Shown piece by piece: positions 9,412 through 21,400 of a stretch of 64,000 nt of DNA. The notes beneath the pieces are model-generated. The model saw only the letters and a list, made by a program, of their open reading frames with translations, searched no databases and had not been told where the DNA came from. Source of the DNA: Hyaloraphidium curvatum SAG 235-1 (Eukaryota > Fungi > Monoblepharomycota); the NCBI GenBank assembly GCA_025558095.1, contig JAIVFI010000011.1, positions 310,001 to 374,000 on the forward strand. Reading direction: 5' to 3'. Position 1 is the stretch's first letter. The number at the start of each line of letters is the position of its first letter. Made by a program: the position numbers and the translations under genes.

Positions 9412-12400
9412 CTAAGGATCGAATCCGAGCGCTTTCAGCCGAATCTCCACGGCCTCCGCCCCCGCGATGGCTTCGTCCATCGCGTCCCGTGCTCCCTTTT
9501 GAATGTTTGCTCCCGAACGACCCAGTTCGTCCAAGCGCCGCTTCAGCATGCGGTAAACCAGGGGACCAAAGTGTTTCAGAACGAAGTTGTGCTTGGGCTC
9601 GCTCAGCAAGGGAGTCTGCTTTCCGACAACACGGTCGATAACGGCTGGCAGTGACAGCAGGCCCTGCTCCAGCTCGCTGTCCTCCTTGCCCGTCGCGCGC
9701 CGCACCAGCGGGGCTGCGTTAATCGCCAGTTGGTTGAAGGACTTGTACGTCTCGATCTTGTCACCGATGATGCCCATCATTTTCGTTATCGCCTGGAGTA
9801 TCGAACCGGACCCGCCGTCCTCGGTCGCATCCTGTCTGGCACGCCGGAGAAGCACGACGGCCGCCGTGATGTCCTCTTCCGTTTCGACTTCCAGGAGAAG
9901 AGGGTGGTCTCCCCCGTGTTCGAAAAGGTGCTTCACGACGGGGTGGCGCTTCTCCTCAATCCAGACGGCCCCGAACATGCAGCGCGTCATGAGGACGAGC
10001 CAGGACGTGATGGTATCGCGGCACTGCTCCCTCTCGTCTTCAGTCATCTGCGCACCGATCTCAAGGTTGCGGAACGTCCTGATCTCCGCAAGGGGGGCGA
10101 GCGGGCGGTCGAGCACGCATAGCTCCTCAAACTCGAGCCCGCGGCAGTCGTCGATTCCCAAGGTCAGCAAGGGATCAAGCTCTGCGAAGGCGGTGGACCC
10201 TTGCTTGCTAGTGTGCAGCACCACGAAGTCGAGCGTCGCTCTTCTGATGAGGCGCCGCGCCGTCTCTACGCTCTGACACAGGATGACAGGAGGCGAGTCC
10301 CAAAGGGAGGAGCGGATCACGGCATCAACTGCAAAGTCATCGAAATCCTCCTTGAAGTTGGGCTTGAGCCAGCGCTGCAAGACCGCGTCGAGAACCTGAA
10401 GCACCCCGACGGGGCAGCGGAAGTTGATGCTCAAGTTGACGGTCTTGTGTTCCAAGATCGCACCGACAGCCTGGCACGCATCGAAAAGAGCCCTGCGCAC
10501 GCCCGAGCGCCTGGCTGCGGACTCGCGTCCGACGCTCTGCTTGCTGTCCAAACCCACAACGACCGTGTTGGGCTGACCGCTCGACAGCGCAAGGAGCTTG
10601 ATCTGCAGCGGCGTCAAGGACTGGGCCTCGTCGATGAGCATGGGTGCAAACTCCTTGCTGAGCTCTGCCATCTCGGGGCTGTCGAGCGTGCGGCGCATCT
10701 CGTCCCAGACGCCCTTGAGGTACTCCCACAGATCTTCCTCGTCCTTGAGGTTGTTCTTTTGCTTCCACTCCCGGTACCACCTCAGCTTGTAGCGATCGAC
10801 CCACATGTTGGCGATCTGGTCGTCCACCTCCTTGCCTTCCAGCCGGGACCGGGCTTGCTGAGCGAAGTCCGCAAAGACAACACGCCTCCAATCTTTCGGC
10901 CAGAGAGGATTCAACCGATCCAGCACGGTCACTGCTTTGACCTCGGGGTACGACCGAAGGACCTGGTCGCGAAGTCGGGTGGTCGGCAACACCACGACCG
11001 CCCCGGTCTGGGCCTTGGCAATCTCGGAAAGAACTATCGAGAACCGGCGTCAGAGGAAGAAGATGCAAAAGCTTCCGGACACGACATACCAGTCGTCTTG
11101 CCGTTGCCCGCAGAACCCTTGATGTAGAGCGTGGTTTGGTGCTCGCACGCCAACTTAATGGCTTCCAGCTCTTGCCTCGTCAGGACCGCCGAGCTCCGTC
11201 CGGACTGCGGGTCGGTTTCGATGAGCATGTCAAGGTTGCCCAGGTAGCGGCGGGGAAGGAAGAAGCCCGCGCCCATGTCCGGGTTCTTGTCGCAGTCCAT
11301 CTTGAACTTGGTGATGATGTCCCAGAGAACCTCGGCATGTGACTTGAGGCGCACGGTTTCCCGCTCCTGTCGCTCATGTTCCTGCGCTTCTTCGTCGTTC
11401 TCCGAATCCGATGCGACAGGTGCCACTGGAGTCCCTTCCTCCTCGAGGCTGGCCTTGATCATGACAGCGTGCTCAATGATTTTCGAGAAGCCCTGTGAGG
11501 ATAGTTTGTGAGAAAATGCGACCACGCATGCCGCCGTGGCAGTTCACTTTGTGGTTGAGAACGATGGCGGTAATGAGGTACCTGTTCGCCTCCAGCTCGA
11601 TGTAGAAAATGCGCTCCTTGTGGTTCAGGCGGCCTTCGAAAACGTGGTTGTCGACCTTCTTCTGGTCGTACCACCGAGCACGGCCGGAAAAGACCTTCAT
11701 GATTTTCGTCTCGAGCTCCGGGAAGTGCGTCAACTCGCGAGCGGTGTGTGCGGTGACCAGAACACGGATGTCGCCCTTGCCAGCTCCGCGAGGACCTTCC
11801 GACGGTCCTGCAGCGGTCATTCCAGTGATGCTCTTAGAAAGCTTCTGTTCGCCTCCGGACCTCCGCATCTGCCTAGTCAGTTCCTCGATGGTGTCTCCCG
11901 CTTCTTCGAACGACGGGATCTCTTCGGAATCGTTGACGTCGCCCTGAGCAGCCCGACGCGGCGGGAAAAGGGCACGCACGAGATCGGTCTGTTCGGGTTC
12001 CTTAGGCAGCTTGTCCAGAAGCGCCGTTGCCCAGGAGTAGATGGTGCGGTAGCCTTCCTTCTGCTGCCTCTCCTCTTCCGCCAGCCTGAGCCGCTCCTGC
12101 TCTTGCGCGGGGGTCTCCGTTTTCGGCGGGACCCATCCCTTGGGATGGACGTTCGTGCAGCTGGGATCCTTGCAGTTCCTGCCGTTGGGGCATTGCCGCG
12201 ACTTTGGCGCTGCTTTCGCGCGCTCTTGGGCTTCCTTTTCCGCCGCAACCTTGAGCACCTTTTCGCGGTCCTCCAGCTTCTTCTTGAGCTTCACCGCGAC
12301 CTTCTTCCCCGCCTCGTATTTCAGGACCTCGTTAAGATCAGCAATGGCGCCCTGCACCAAATCCAAGTTCACCGCCGCTGGGCCGGAAGGCGGGTCCGTT

Positions 12401-15066
12401 TCGGCGTCCCTCAGCTGCGCACGAATGAGCAACGCTTGAAGCCGTTCCGGAGCTCCCAGCTTGGTCCTCGGGAGAGCCTGCTCGACATCGCTAAGAGCGC
12501 CCGGCTTATCAAAGTGGAGCTTGCACCTGGCTCTGGATACAATGAGTCCGATCCGCTGGGGCTGCATCTCGATGGCTTGAGAATACAGTGCGGCAGCTTC
12601 TGGCCAGAGCTGCTCCTTCTCTTTCTCCTGTGCGTCGAGGAAAAGCTGGTCGAAAGGAGAAAGCTTGGCCGAAGAAGACGGGGGAGGACCGTTTTCGGCG
12701 GGCTTGACCTCGACACGGAGGACGACGTACTCCTTGCTGTCATCGGCAATCATCGTGAAGCCGGATCCACCCTTGAGAACATCCGCGGGGAAGGCCTTGG
12801 CCAACCCCATGGAGTTGCGCCCGTCGAATAGGTTGCCGCCCACGAAATCCGCCCAGGTTTCCACGCTGATGTCCTTGTTCACGACGGCGGTGGTGCCCTT
12901 GTTCAGCAGCGTGATCTTGAACTGGTACGATCGGCGCCAGGAACTAGGTATCTTCGTGATGTCGTTGGACCCGTCGGCCGGGAGGATAGTGAGGTAAGCA
13001 CCGAGGTGCTTGGCTCCGCCAGTCGCCGGGTGCACATCCACGTCGAAAGTGACGGCAGTCTCGGCCTTCCACTTCACCGGCGTCACATTGGAGCTGCCTT
13101 CTAGATTTCGCAGCTTCCTGGCGTCAGCCACAGCGTAGAAAACAAGCTTCTCCGTCGTGTTGATTTCGCTGCCGACGAGAGGGGCCACGGCAAGCTGCCG
13201 CGTGAGTTCTTCCTTGCTAGGCCCGGTCTTGGGCTGCTTCTGCTTATTCAGAAAGCCGGGCTGCATCACCTTCTCCTTGCTGATGACCTGCTCCAACTGC
13301 TGCCTGAGCTGCTTCGTTCTAGTCTCCCGTTCCGCGCGGGCCTGGTTGAACTCCTTCCACGCAGAAGGCTCGTTGTACTTGACGACGTCCAAGCGGATCC
13401 TGGCGAGCAGCGAACCCTTAAACGCTTCGTTGTTCAGTCGGGGATGCACGAGACGGTCCCAGAGAGACCTATCGAGCTGCCCGATCACGGCCTTGGTGTT
13501 CTGCGGATTGATCACGACCGGTTGCTGTTCGTTGCGTTCGTACTCCTTCCCGGCATTGTCAACTGCCGAACACCAAGGCTTCAAGCGCAGCGAGAATTCA
13601 GCCGGAAGCGGGGTGGTGACCACAAGCTCGAGCGGCACCGGCCCGGAAGCAGGGTACTCGTCCGGGAAGCCGACCCGGAAAGCGATGTCCTTCCACCGGA
13701 TCTCTTTGCCGAACATGTCGTTGTCCGCAACTCCGACCTTGGCGTCCGGCCGCGTGGGCACGAGCACCTCGAATTCGACTTGCTTCTCGGCCACTTTGGC
13801 TTCCATCACCGGGCCCCACTTTCTCGCCAGCTCCTTTGCGATCCTCTTCGGGTCGTACGTGCGCCGGACCTTGCTCCCTCGCCAGTGGGCGGCGATGACC
13901 GATGCAGCATCCTCGCGCTTCTTCGACTCCTGCGCTTCGGTCCATTTGGCCAGCTCCTCGGTTCCCATGCCCTTGATTCTCGCCTCGTCATCGATCTCGG
14001 CGATGCGGTCGTAGTCGCCATCGATCGTCTTGGCGTCCTTGTTCAGAGCCTTCGCGAGCTCGTCGAGGCCCATGTCGTTCGTCAAGCGCAGGACGATGCT
14101 CCAAATGCTGCCGCGGATCTTCTGGCCGGCGACCTTGAGGTCGTCCCCCTTGTCGACCAGGTAGCCGCCAAAGCTGTTCACGTCCTCCGTGAGGAGCCGG
14201 ATGGCCGGCACACGCTCGATCTTCAGTTTGGACTGCATCGACTTGATGACTCCCTTGGCCGGCTCGGGATCCTCGCCTAGCAACCGTTCGAGCAGCTCGT
14301 ACGCCTTGGCAAGGTCCAGCGCGGCCCGAGACAGGTCCTGGTTCGCCCATCCCTTGTAGCCCTTCTTCAGCCTTTCCATCAGCAAGCATCTGTCGCGGGT
14401 GGCCCGGAGCAGCGCGTAGATGACGCCGACATCCTTGGCCAGCTTGGCCCGGACGGATTTCGACTCGCCGAGGTGGTGCGCGAGCGCGGAGAGGTTGAGG
14501 AGGATGGCGGTCTGCAGCTTCGAATCCAGCAACGCGGCCGCACCGACCGTGTTCAGCTCGACTTTTTCCGTGTCGGGAAAGATGGGCCGGAAGCCGCTCG
14601 CGGAGCCGCCGGGGGCGTAGAGTCCGTAGATGGCATGCACGCGCTGGTCCAGGCAACCCCAGAAGAGGTCGCTGAGCGTGTCGTGTCCGGCTTTGAACAT
14701 GCGGAAAAGAGCATCGGCCATGATCGCGCGGTCCCCGGGGGTCCGCTTTCCGGCGGGCGTCCTCCGGTCCGTGAATAAGTCCGCGAGCTGGTCGAAGTCC
14801 GCCGGAGCGTCGGACGAGATCCCGCTGGCCAAGGGTTGGACAACCGTGTCGGTGTCATCGAGCGCCTGGGAGAATCGGGACACGGCCGCCTTGTTCTCCT
14901 CGAGCCACCGCGTCCGCTCCTTGGCCGAAGCGCCCGGGTCCCGCGGCGGCGACTTCCGGAGCGCCTCGTAGTGCTTCCGCGCCGTGCCGAGGAAATCATT
15001 GTAAGCAGCAAAGAGCTTGTCGGAGTCCAGATTGGCCCAAGAGGCCGCGCCGGCGGCGTCGGCCAT
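9412..15066 (-). CDS. ~1847-aa multidomain UvrD/SF1 helicase-like protein (IQ, RWD-like, MATH, TPR, CCCH, RelE/ParE-like, SF1 helicase); TRANK1-like module
   Basis: Exons 15066-11548, 11492-11090 and 11033-9412 join in frame via GT-AG introns. Helicase motifs: I GSAGNGKTT, II MLIDEAQSL, III VGLDSKQS, IV LSINFRC, V GIDDCRGLEFE, VI VLMTRC. Confidence 0.85.
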
Positions 15067-15431
15067 GGCGAAATCTGGGGGCGTCGACGAGGTCAGAGAC
15101 CTCCGTGGGCGCCTCAAAATCCGCGAATCGCGTGCCTGGCGTTACCGGCGAATGTTGATAGCGCTTCTACCGGACTAAGCGGCCCGCATCCGGGTCATCT
15201 GGGTGCGGGAGATGGGCCAGTGTAGCCGTCGGGGAAGGTCAGCCGACGGGGAGGCTGTGCCTTGCACCATCGTCCGCGGAGGCCCCTGGCGGAAGGAGAA
15301 AAGAAGCAATCAGACGGATGTGTTCGCGAATTCATCTCTTCAGCAGTAGAAGGCATGGGGCATCTAAGTCTGCGCCGGCCGAGAACACGGCTTCCCCGGC
15401 ACGCCGACGCCTAAAGGCAGCCGGAAGACCT

Positions 15432-16802
15432 CTACGCGTCCGACACCTTCACGGGCTTGTACACGACCTTCCTCGTCTGCAATGATGCGCGTCAGCATTT
15501 TGCGATTCCAAGCGCGGCACCGCACGGACCTTGATGTAGCTCCAGCGCAGCCTCTTCCAGTACCACGCCAAACCGAGGAAGAGGGTGTTGATGGCCAGGA
15601 ACTTCCAGCCCATTTTCTTGCGCTCGTCGTGCTCCGGCTCCGAAGCCCAGGACAGGAACTCGATCACGTCCTTGGCCAGCTGGGATTTGGTGTTGGGCGT
15701 ACCGTCCTCGTACTCGACTGCGCCGTCGTACAGGGGCGCCGCCATGGAGATGGCACCGCCGGGGAAGTAGGGGTTGTAGTGGAGGCCCTCGCGGACCGAG
15801 ACGCCCGCCGGGGGGTCGCAGTACCCGGTGAGGAGGGAGAAGAGGTAGTCCTGACGGCGGACGCGTCAAGCTGGGGCTGCCACCGCAGGCGACGGTTCGG
15901 CATACCTTGCCGCTGTGCCTGGCCTTGATGATAAGGCTGAGGTCCGGCGGGTAGGCACCGCCGTTGGCCGCGCGCGACGCCTCCTCGTTCGGGTAGGGCT
16001 TGGGGAAGTAGTCGGTGAGCTTGCCGGGGCGGGTGAACATCTCGCCGGCGTCGTTGGGGCCGTCCGTGAACTCGTATTCGCTGGCGAACGTCTGCGTCGC
16101 CGAAACACAGTCAAGCAACGAACGAAGCTGGCCAGGCGCGGTCGGCCCACCTTCATCTCAGCCTCGGTGTGCGCGACACCAATCAGGTTGCGGAAAGCGA
16201 TGCGCTCCATCGAGTGGCATGCAGCGCAGACCTCCTTGTACACCTGGTATCCGCGGCGGATGCTGCCGGGAGGTCGCGTCAGCGTCCGTTGAGTCAATCC
16301 GCCGTGGTCGGCCGAAGTCCCGTCCCAGCTGGCTTCCGTCCAGCCATCCCGCCCCATCCAGCTCCCCGCAGCAAACTCAATGCAGGCCCATGTCCCGGCG
16401 GCGTCCGCACGCGCCGATCCGATGGCCACGGCGCCTTGCCCAGGCGCCGATCCCAGCTCTCAGGCAGCCTACTCACGCGGCGTGGTCGTAGGTCTTGTAC
16501 CACTTGTCCGACTCCCACGGCATGTGCGCCGGGTGCAGACCGTGATCCGGCGTCGAGAATGCGTGGCCGGCGGGCACCACGATCCTTGTCATGCCGCCCA
16601 CGGCCTCCTTCAGCGAGGCCTGCCACGACGCCAGCCGCTCATCCGTCACGAGGTACTCCGAGGTCAGGTACGCGGCCGACGAGCAGCCGAACAGGGTGAG
16701 GATGGTCGACTTTGCGGACACGGCGCCGCCTGAGGATGCGGTGCCCGCCGCCGTCGAGGCGAAGCGGGTCGCGGTCGCGCGCAGCAGTGGGCGGGCGAAC
16801 AT
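15432..16802 (-). CDS. CYT1: Cytochrome c1, mitochondrial (complex III), multi-exon
   Basis: Presequence, [22 protein letters not shown] heme motif, [36 protein letters not shown] and C-terminal TM helix. Confidence 0.97.
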
Positions 16803-17185
16803 CGCGGCAGCCGAGCGACCTGCGGGGGCGCGGTGACGTCAGCGCTCTGCGGCGGCGGCTCGGTGGCCCGGTGGGCGCGGCAGGCGGATGGCGCGGCGGG
16901 GGCGTGGCGGCGGTGCCCGCGGGGCGCGCCCGGCCGCCGCCTCCCCCGCCGCATCGGCCGGCCGATGCGCACCTTGCTCTCCGAGCTGAGCAGCAGGTCC
17001 TCTCCGTCCGTGCCTCGGGATGGACGAGGCGCTCGCGTTCGGTGGCGCCAAAGAGAGACGCTCGCTCGGAGCGATTTTCGTAGTTGTGCCCGCTAACCGC
17101 CGCCGACGCCGACCCCGAACACCCCGCGGGCGCCGCATTCGGGCCTGGAGAGGCGCATTGCGACCATGGATACGCGGAGATAGCG

Positions 17186-18400
17186 ATGGCAGACCAGGAG
17201 TCGGTCCCCGGATGCGCGATTCCCCGACCCGGCTCACCCCGCACGCAGTCCGCTCGCCCAGCTCGAGGCCGAGAATGCGGCCCTCAAGGCCGAGCTCGAC
17301 GAGTTCAGGACGTCGTCCAAGGAGCTCGAGGAGGAGCTCGAACGCGAGCTGGAACGCGCACAGGCCGAGAACGGGACCCTGAAGGCGCGGGCGGATCAGG
17401 CTCGCAAGGAAGCGGATGACTGGAAGGTCCGCCTCGGAGCGCGCTGCGGGGAGGCTGGAATGCCCCTCTCATTTGCATTCTGGTCTCCAGGAACGGTTCA
17501 ATGCCCTCCAGCGGAGCTCGGCGGGGCAAATCTCGGAGCTCGAGCTGGAACGCGACGCCCTCCGTGCCCAGGCGGCCAAGGACGCCTCCAGGATCCGGGA
17601 GCTCGAGATCGGCAACGACGAACTGGAGATGGCAACGCGGGTGGCCATGTCCTCCATCCAGGACCTCCAGACAAAGTACAATCAGACACTTGAGAGAATG
17701 GTTTATCTTCAAGAGGAACTGGACGTCGCAAAGGAGATGTCGGACGACCTCCAGCGCATGAAAGACGAGCTAAGAGGCAAGCGGGACTTTTGCCTTGTGC
17801 CTCTCTTCCGCTTGACGCCGCCGTGTCGACAGATGCCAACCTGGAAATAAGCGTGCTCCGGTCCCGCTCCAACTCCGCCAACAGCTCCCCTGGCCCCTCC
17901 CCCCACCGCCCCGCGCCGATGCCCGGCATTTCCGAACGCGGCGACGCCACACCTTCTCCCAGCCCCGCTCCCGGCGCCCCCGTCTCCCCCACCGCGCTCG
18001 CGGAATCCCTCTCCAACATCACCCTCGAATCGCCAAAGCCCCCAGAGACGCCGCAGAAGCCGGCCGCCGCCCCCGCGGTGCCGCAGACCCCGTCGACTCC
18101 CAGCGCGGCGCTGGCGCTCGTCAATTCCGTGACGTCGGCCTCGGTGGGGGTCATTACGGACCTGCTCAGCAAGGCCAAGGCGATCGAGGGGCGGTTGGCA
18201 GCCGCAAGAGGTTGGCGCGCGAACGATCTGTTCATCTTGGCTTGCGCTGATGCCAGTCCCCAGCCAAGTACATCAGCCCGCTCCTCATCCCGTCGGCCGA
18301 CTCGAAATCGGGGCAGACCGACGCGGCGTCGGACGGCAGCAACGATACCCGACTCCCCGGCGCCTGGGACATCGAACGGACGCCTCCGGCGGCTACCTAG
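17186..18400 (+). CDS. nudE: Nuclear distribution protein NudE/NDE1 (dynein regulator), multi-exon
   Basis: ELDEFRTSSKELEEELEREL, RIRELEIGNDELE, QRMKDELRD coiled coil, Pro/Ser-rich linker, and C-terminal KAKAIEGRLAAAR. Confidence 0.88.
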
Positions 18401-18456
18401 CCTTTGCCGTTTCTACAGGAGATCTATACCCCGCCAAATGTACAGGCCCCGCGAAT

Positions 18457-21400
18457 CTACGGCTTCTGTGTCTGCGTCGGCGTCAGGAACGCGAGCCGGT
18501 CCCAGAGGTTGCCGAACCTGGCCTCGCCCTCGGTGGCGGCGGCGGGGGCGGCGTCGCCCATGCCCATGTCTTTGAGCATGTCCGCGACCTCGTCCTCCTC
18601 GTCCTTGGGGGCTTCAAAGTCCGGCGCGGAAGGGGGGGCGTCGGGGACCAGCCCTGGCCGCGAAAACGAAGGCGGGGGCGTCGAGGAATAGGTGATCAGG
18701 TCCTCCTGGGGGAGCCTTGGTGCGGGCAACGGCACGCTGCCGAGACTGGGGGAGTAGCTCGCCTGCAGCCCGAACGGTTTCGGAGGCAGCGGCGGGGGAG
18801 GGCCGGTCGGCAGCGGGGCGTCCTCGCGCGCGATCGCATCGCGCCACGGCTGGCTCTCGGCCAGAATCGCGGAATGAGTCTTTACCAGGTCCTCGGGCTC
18901 GTGGTCGGTCGCCTCCGATTCGGCGTCGGCTGCCCGGTGCGGAGAAAGCTCGTCGAGCTCGGCGAGGTCGTCGTTGGAAGAGTCCGCCCGGCGCACCGGG
19001 CGCGATGCGGAGACGGAACCAAGAAAGTCGAGACCGGCATCGTCGAGCGTGAAGCTGCCGGGCATGCCTGGCGTCGTTGGTTCCTCGTCCACGTGGGGCT
19101 CGGCCGGTGCGGTTGCCAGCTCCGCATAAGCACCATCGTGCGTAATCTCCACCATCGAGTCCATTCTCGACACGGCTGCGCTTTCCGAGCCCGGTGTGAC
19201 CGCGGCCGTCGCGAAACCACCCTCGGTGTCCTGTTCCTCGTCTCGTGAACGATTCTGGTCGCCATCGTCATCGACCGGTGGAGCATCACCGTCGGACTCT
19301 TGCTGGGCTTCCCCGTCCGAGCCTTCAAGGTCGCTCTCGGCAGCACCGTAGCCCTCGTCAACGCCGCCACCATACTCACGGTCGAGTTCGCGGAGCTCGC
19401 GGTCAAGTTCGTCCTCGTCTTCGGGAGACAAGGCATCGGCATTGTCGACCTCGGCTTCGTCGGGGACTGCTTCGTCCTCAGCCGTGCCGTCATCCTCGGC
19501 ACTCTGGTCGACAAGCCGCGGAGTCAAATGCACGGTGTGCTCCGTCTCTTCCACGGATTCCGCGCTGCCCACGCTGGCTCGTCCCTCAGGGGGGCCACCA
19601 TCTCGAGGACCGTCCTCGTCCTCTTCGGGCCCCTCATCTTCTCCAGACCAGGGGTTGGCGTCCGGCGGTGGGGGCATCGCAGAGAATCGGTCCTTTTCTC
19701 CACCGATGTCAGCATCGTCATCCGAGTCGGAAAAGTCGTTGGTGGGAACGTTGGGAAGCGACAGATCCGGCTCCAAACCGGTCCCGCCTTCATCACCGTC
19801 GACCTTGCCGTAGAAGGTGTCCCCAACGAAATCCTCTTCGTCTGCCTCTGCGTCCGATGGCGCTCCGGCACCCTGTTCCGAAGCCTCGGCGCCTTCCACG
19901 CTCTCCATGGCGCCAGGCTCAGCGACAGTCTCCGCCGCCGGCGGTCCATCCGTAGTCGTAATTTCCGATTTCAGAGGCGACAAATCGACGACATTGACCC
20001 CGTCTTCAGCAAGGATCTGAAGAGGGTAGTAAACGCCGTCGAACCAATCGCCGCCGCGTGTGAACTTCTTCATCAGGCTTTCGCGGGCAATGCTCTCCAG
20101 CCAAAGCTCGCGGCGAGTGTAGAACGGTTGGGTGAGGAGCCAATGCTGGAAAGGTTCGTCGCCGCCGAGCGAAGCTGGCAGGAGGGCGTCCACGGCGCGT
20201 TGCCGACCGGCAACTTGCTTTCCCTTGCCAAGAGCCGCTTCTTGCTGCGCAATCGCAGCTCCGGCCGCCGACAGGGATCCGAGCACCTCCTCAATCCCTG
20301 CCTGGTTGCCGCTGTAGACGCCACAACTGAGCTCGACCAGGGCAATCCAGTGATTCAACAGCCGCGTCCCCTTCTCGGTAAGCGCCAGAAGCTCCAAATC
20401 CATCAGAGGATCGCCCGACGCCTTCCAAGAGCCAATGGGAGTGGTCGAGTACTGATGGACGATCGCACGGATCGACTCGCACACTGGGGTCCACCACGGC
20501 ACCAGGACGATGCCCGCTTCGCGCGACGTCCCGTACCAAGTCCGGAGCTCATGTTCGACCTCATACGCATACCCATTCCAACGTTCCTCCTCGTGCCCAG
20601 CGTCCGCGTCCACGTTTGGCGAAAAAGCGGGACGGACCCTCTCCAGATACTCCCGTGCCCGCGGTTCAATCAGCGCCCAGCTGGACCGCAGGCGCCTTAC
20701 TTCGGGGCTCGTCGCGGCCACCATGACCGCAGCCGCAGTCCCATGACAACGGTACGTGCGGCGCAATATCTGCGATGTCGCAAGAAGGTGGGTGATTGTC
20801 CTGGCGCGGGCGTGAGCGGGGGTAAAGACGTTCTCGTTGCCGGGTACAGAGGTCCGGTCCGGAACGGAATTGAGGATTGCGGATATGAAAACGTGCACCA
20901 GGTATCTGTGAAAGTCCCGAAGGAGAGTCAACTCCCCCGTCAGCTCCGACTCTGGCGCGATAGCCTGCAGAAGCAGCACGTGGCCCAGCCTGGCCCCGCT
21001 TTCAGGCGAGACACATCTGACAAGCAATGGCCTCAGCAGCTCCATCTCCAAGATGGCCAACTGCCGCGCAAGAAAGTCCGGATCGAACGACTCGACCGTA
21101 TAGTCCGGCTGCGACATTCGAGCGATCGTCCTTTCCAGAGCCTCCGCCTTGTCTTTCCGGATAGACAGGTCCTCAATGAGCCTCCGCAGCGACGAAGAGG
21201 ATAGATTAGGGTTCGCAAGTCGCGACATGTCCAACTTCATCTGCGCTTTCGCCACTTCCTCCTTTGTCGCCATCAGACTGCGGGTCAAAGGTGACAGGGC
21301 GATGCGAGGGAGCGGAAAGCCAGATTGGTAAGGCAGTTGCTCCGCCAGAGCTTCAATAGGGTCGCTTTCGTCGTCGGGCTCCGCTTCAGGGGCGGAAGCC

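Noticed and set aside
16265-16476. snoRNA in the longer first introns of CYT1 (also MPP-beta ~30417-30705 and RPB4 ~27714-27885)
   Set aside because: No convincing paired C/D or H/ACA boxes seen by eye; longer first introns are ordinary.
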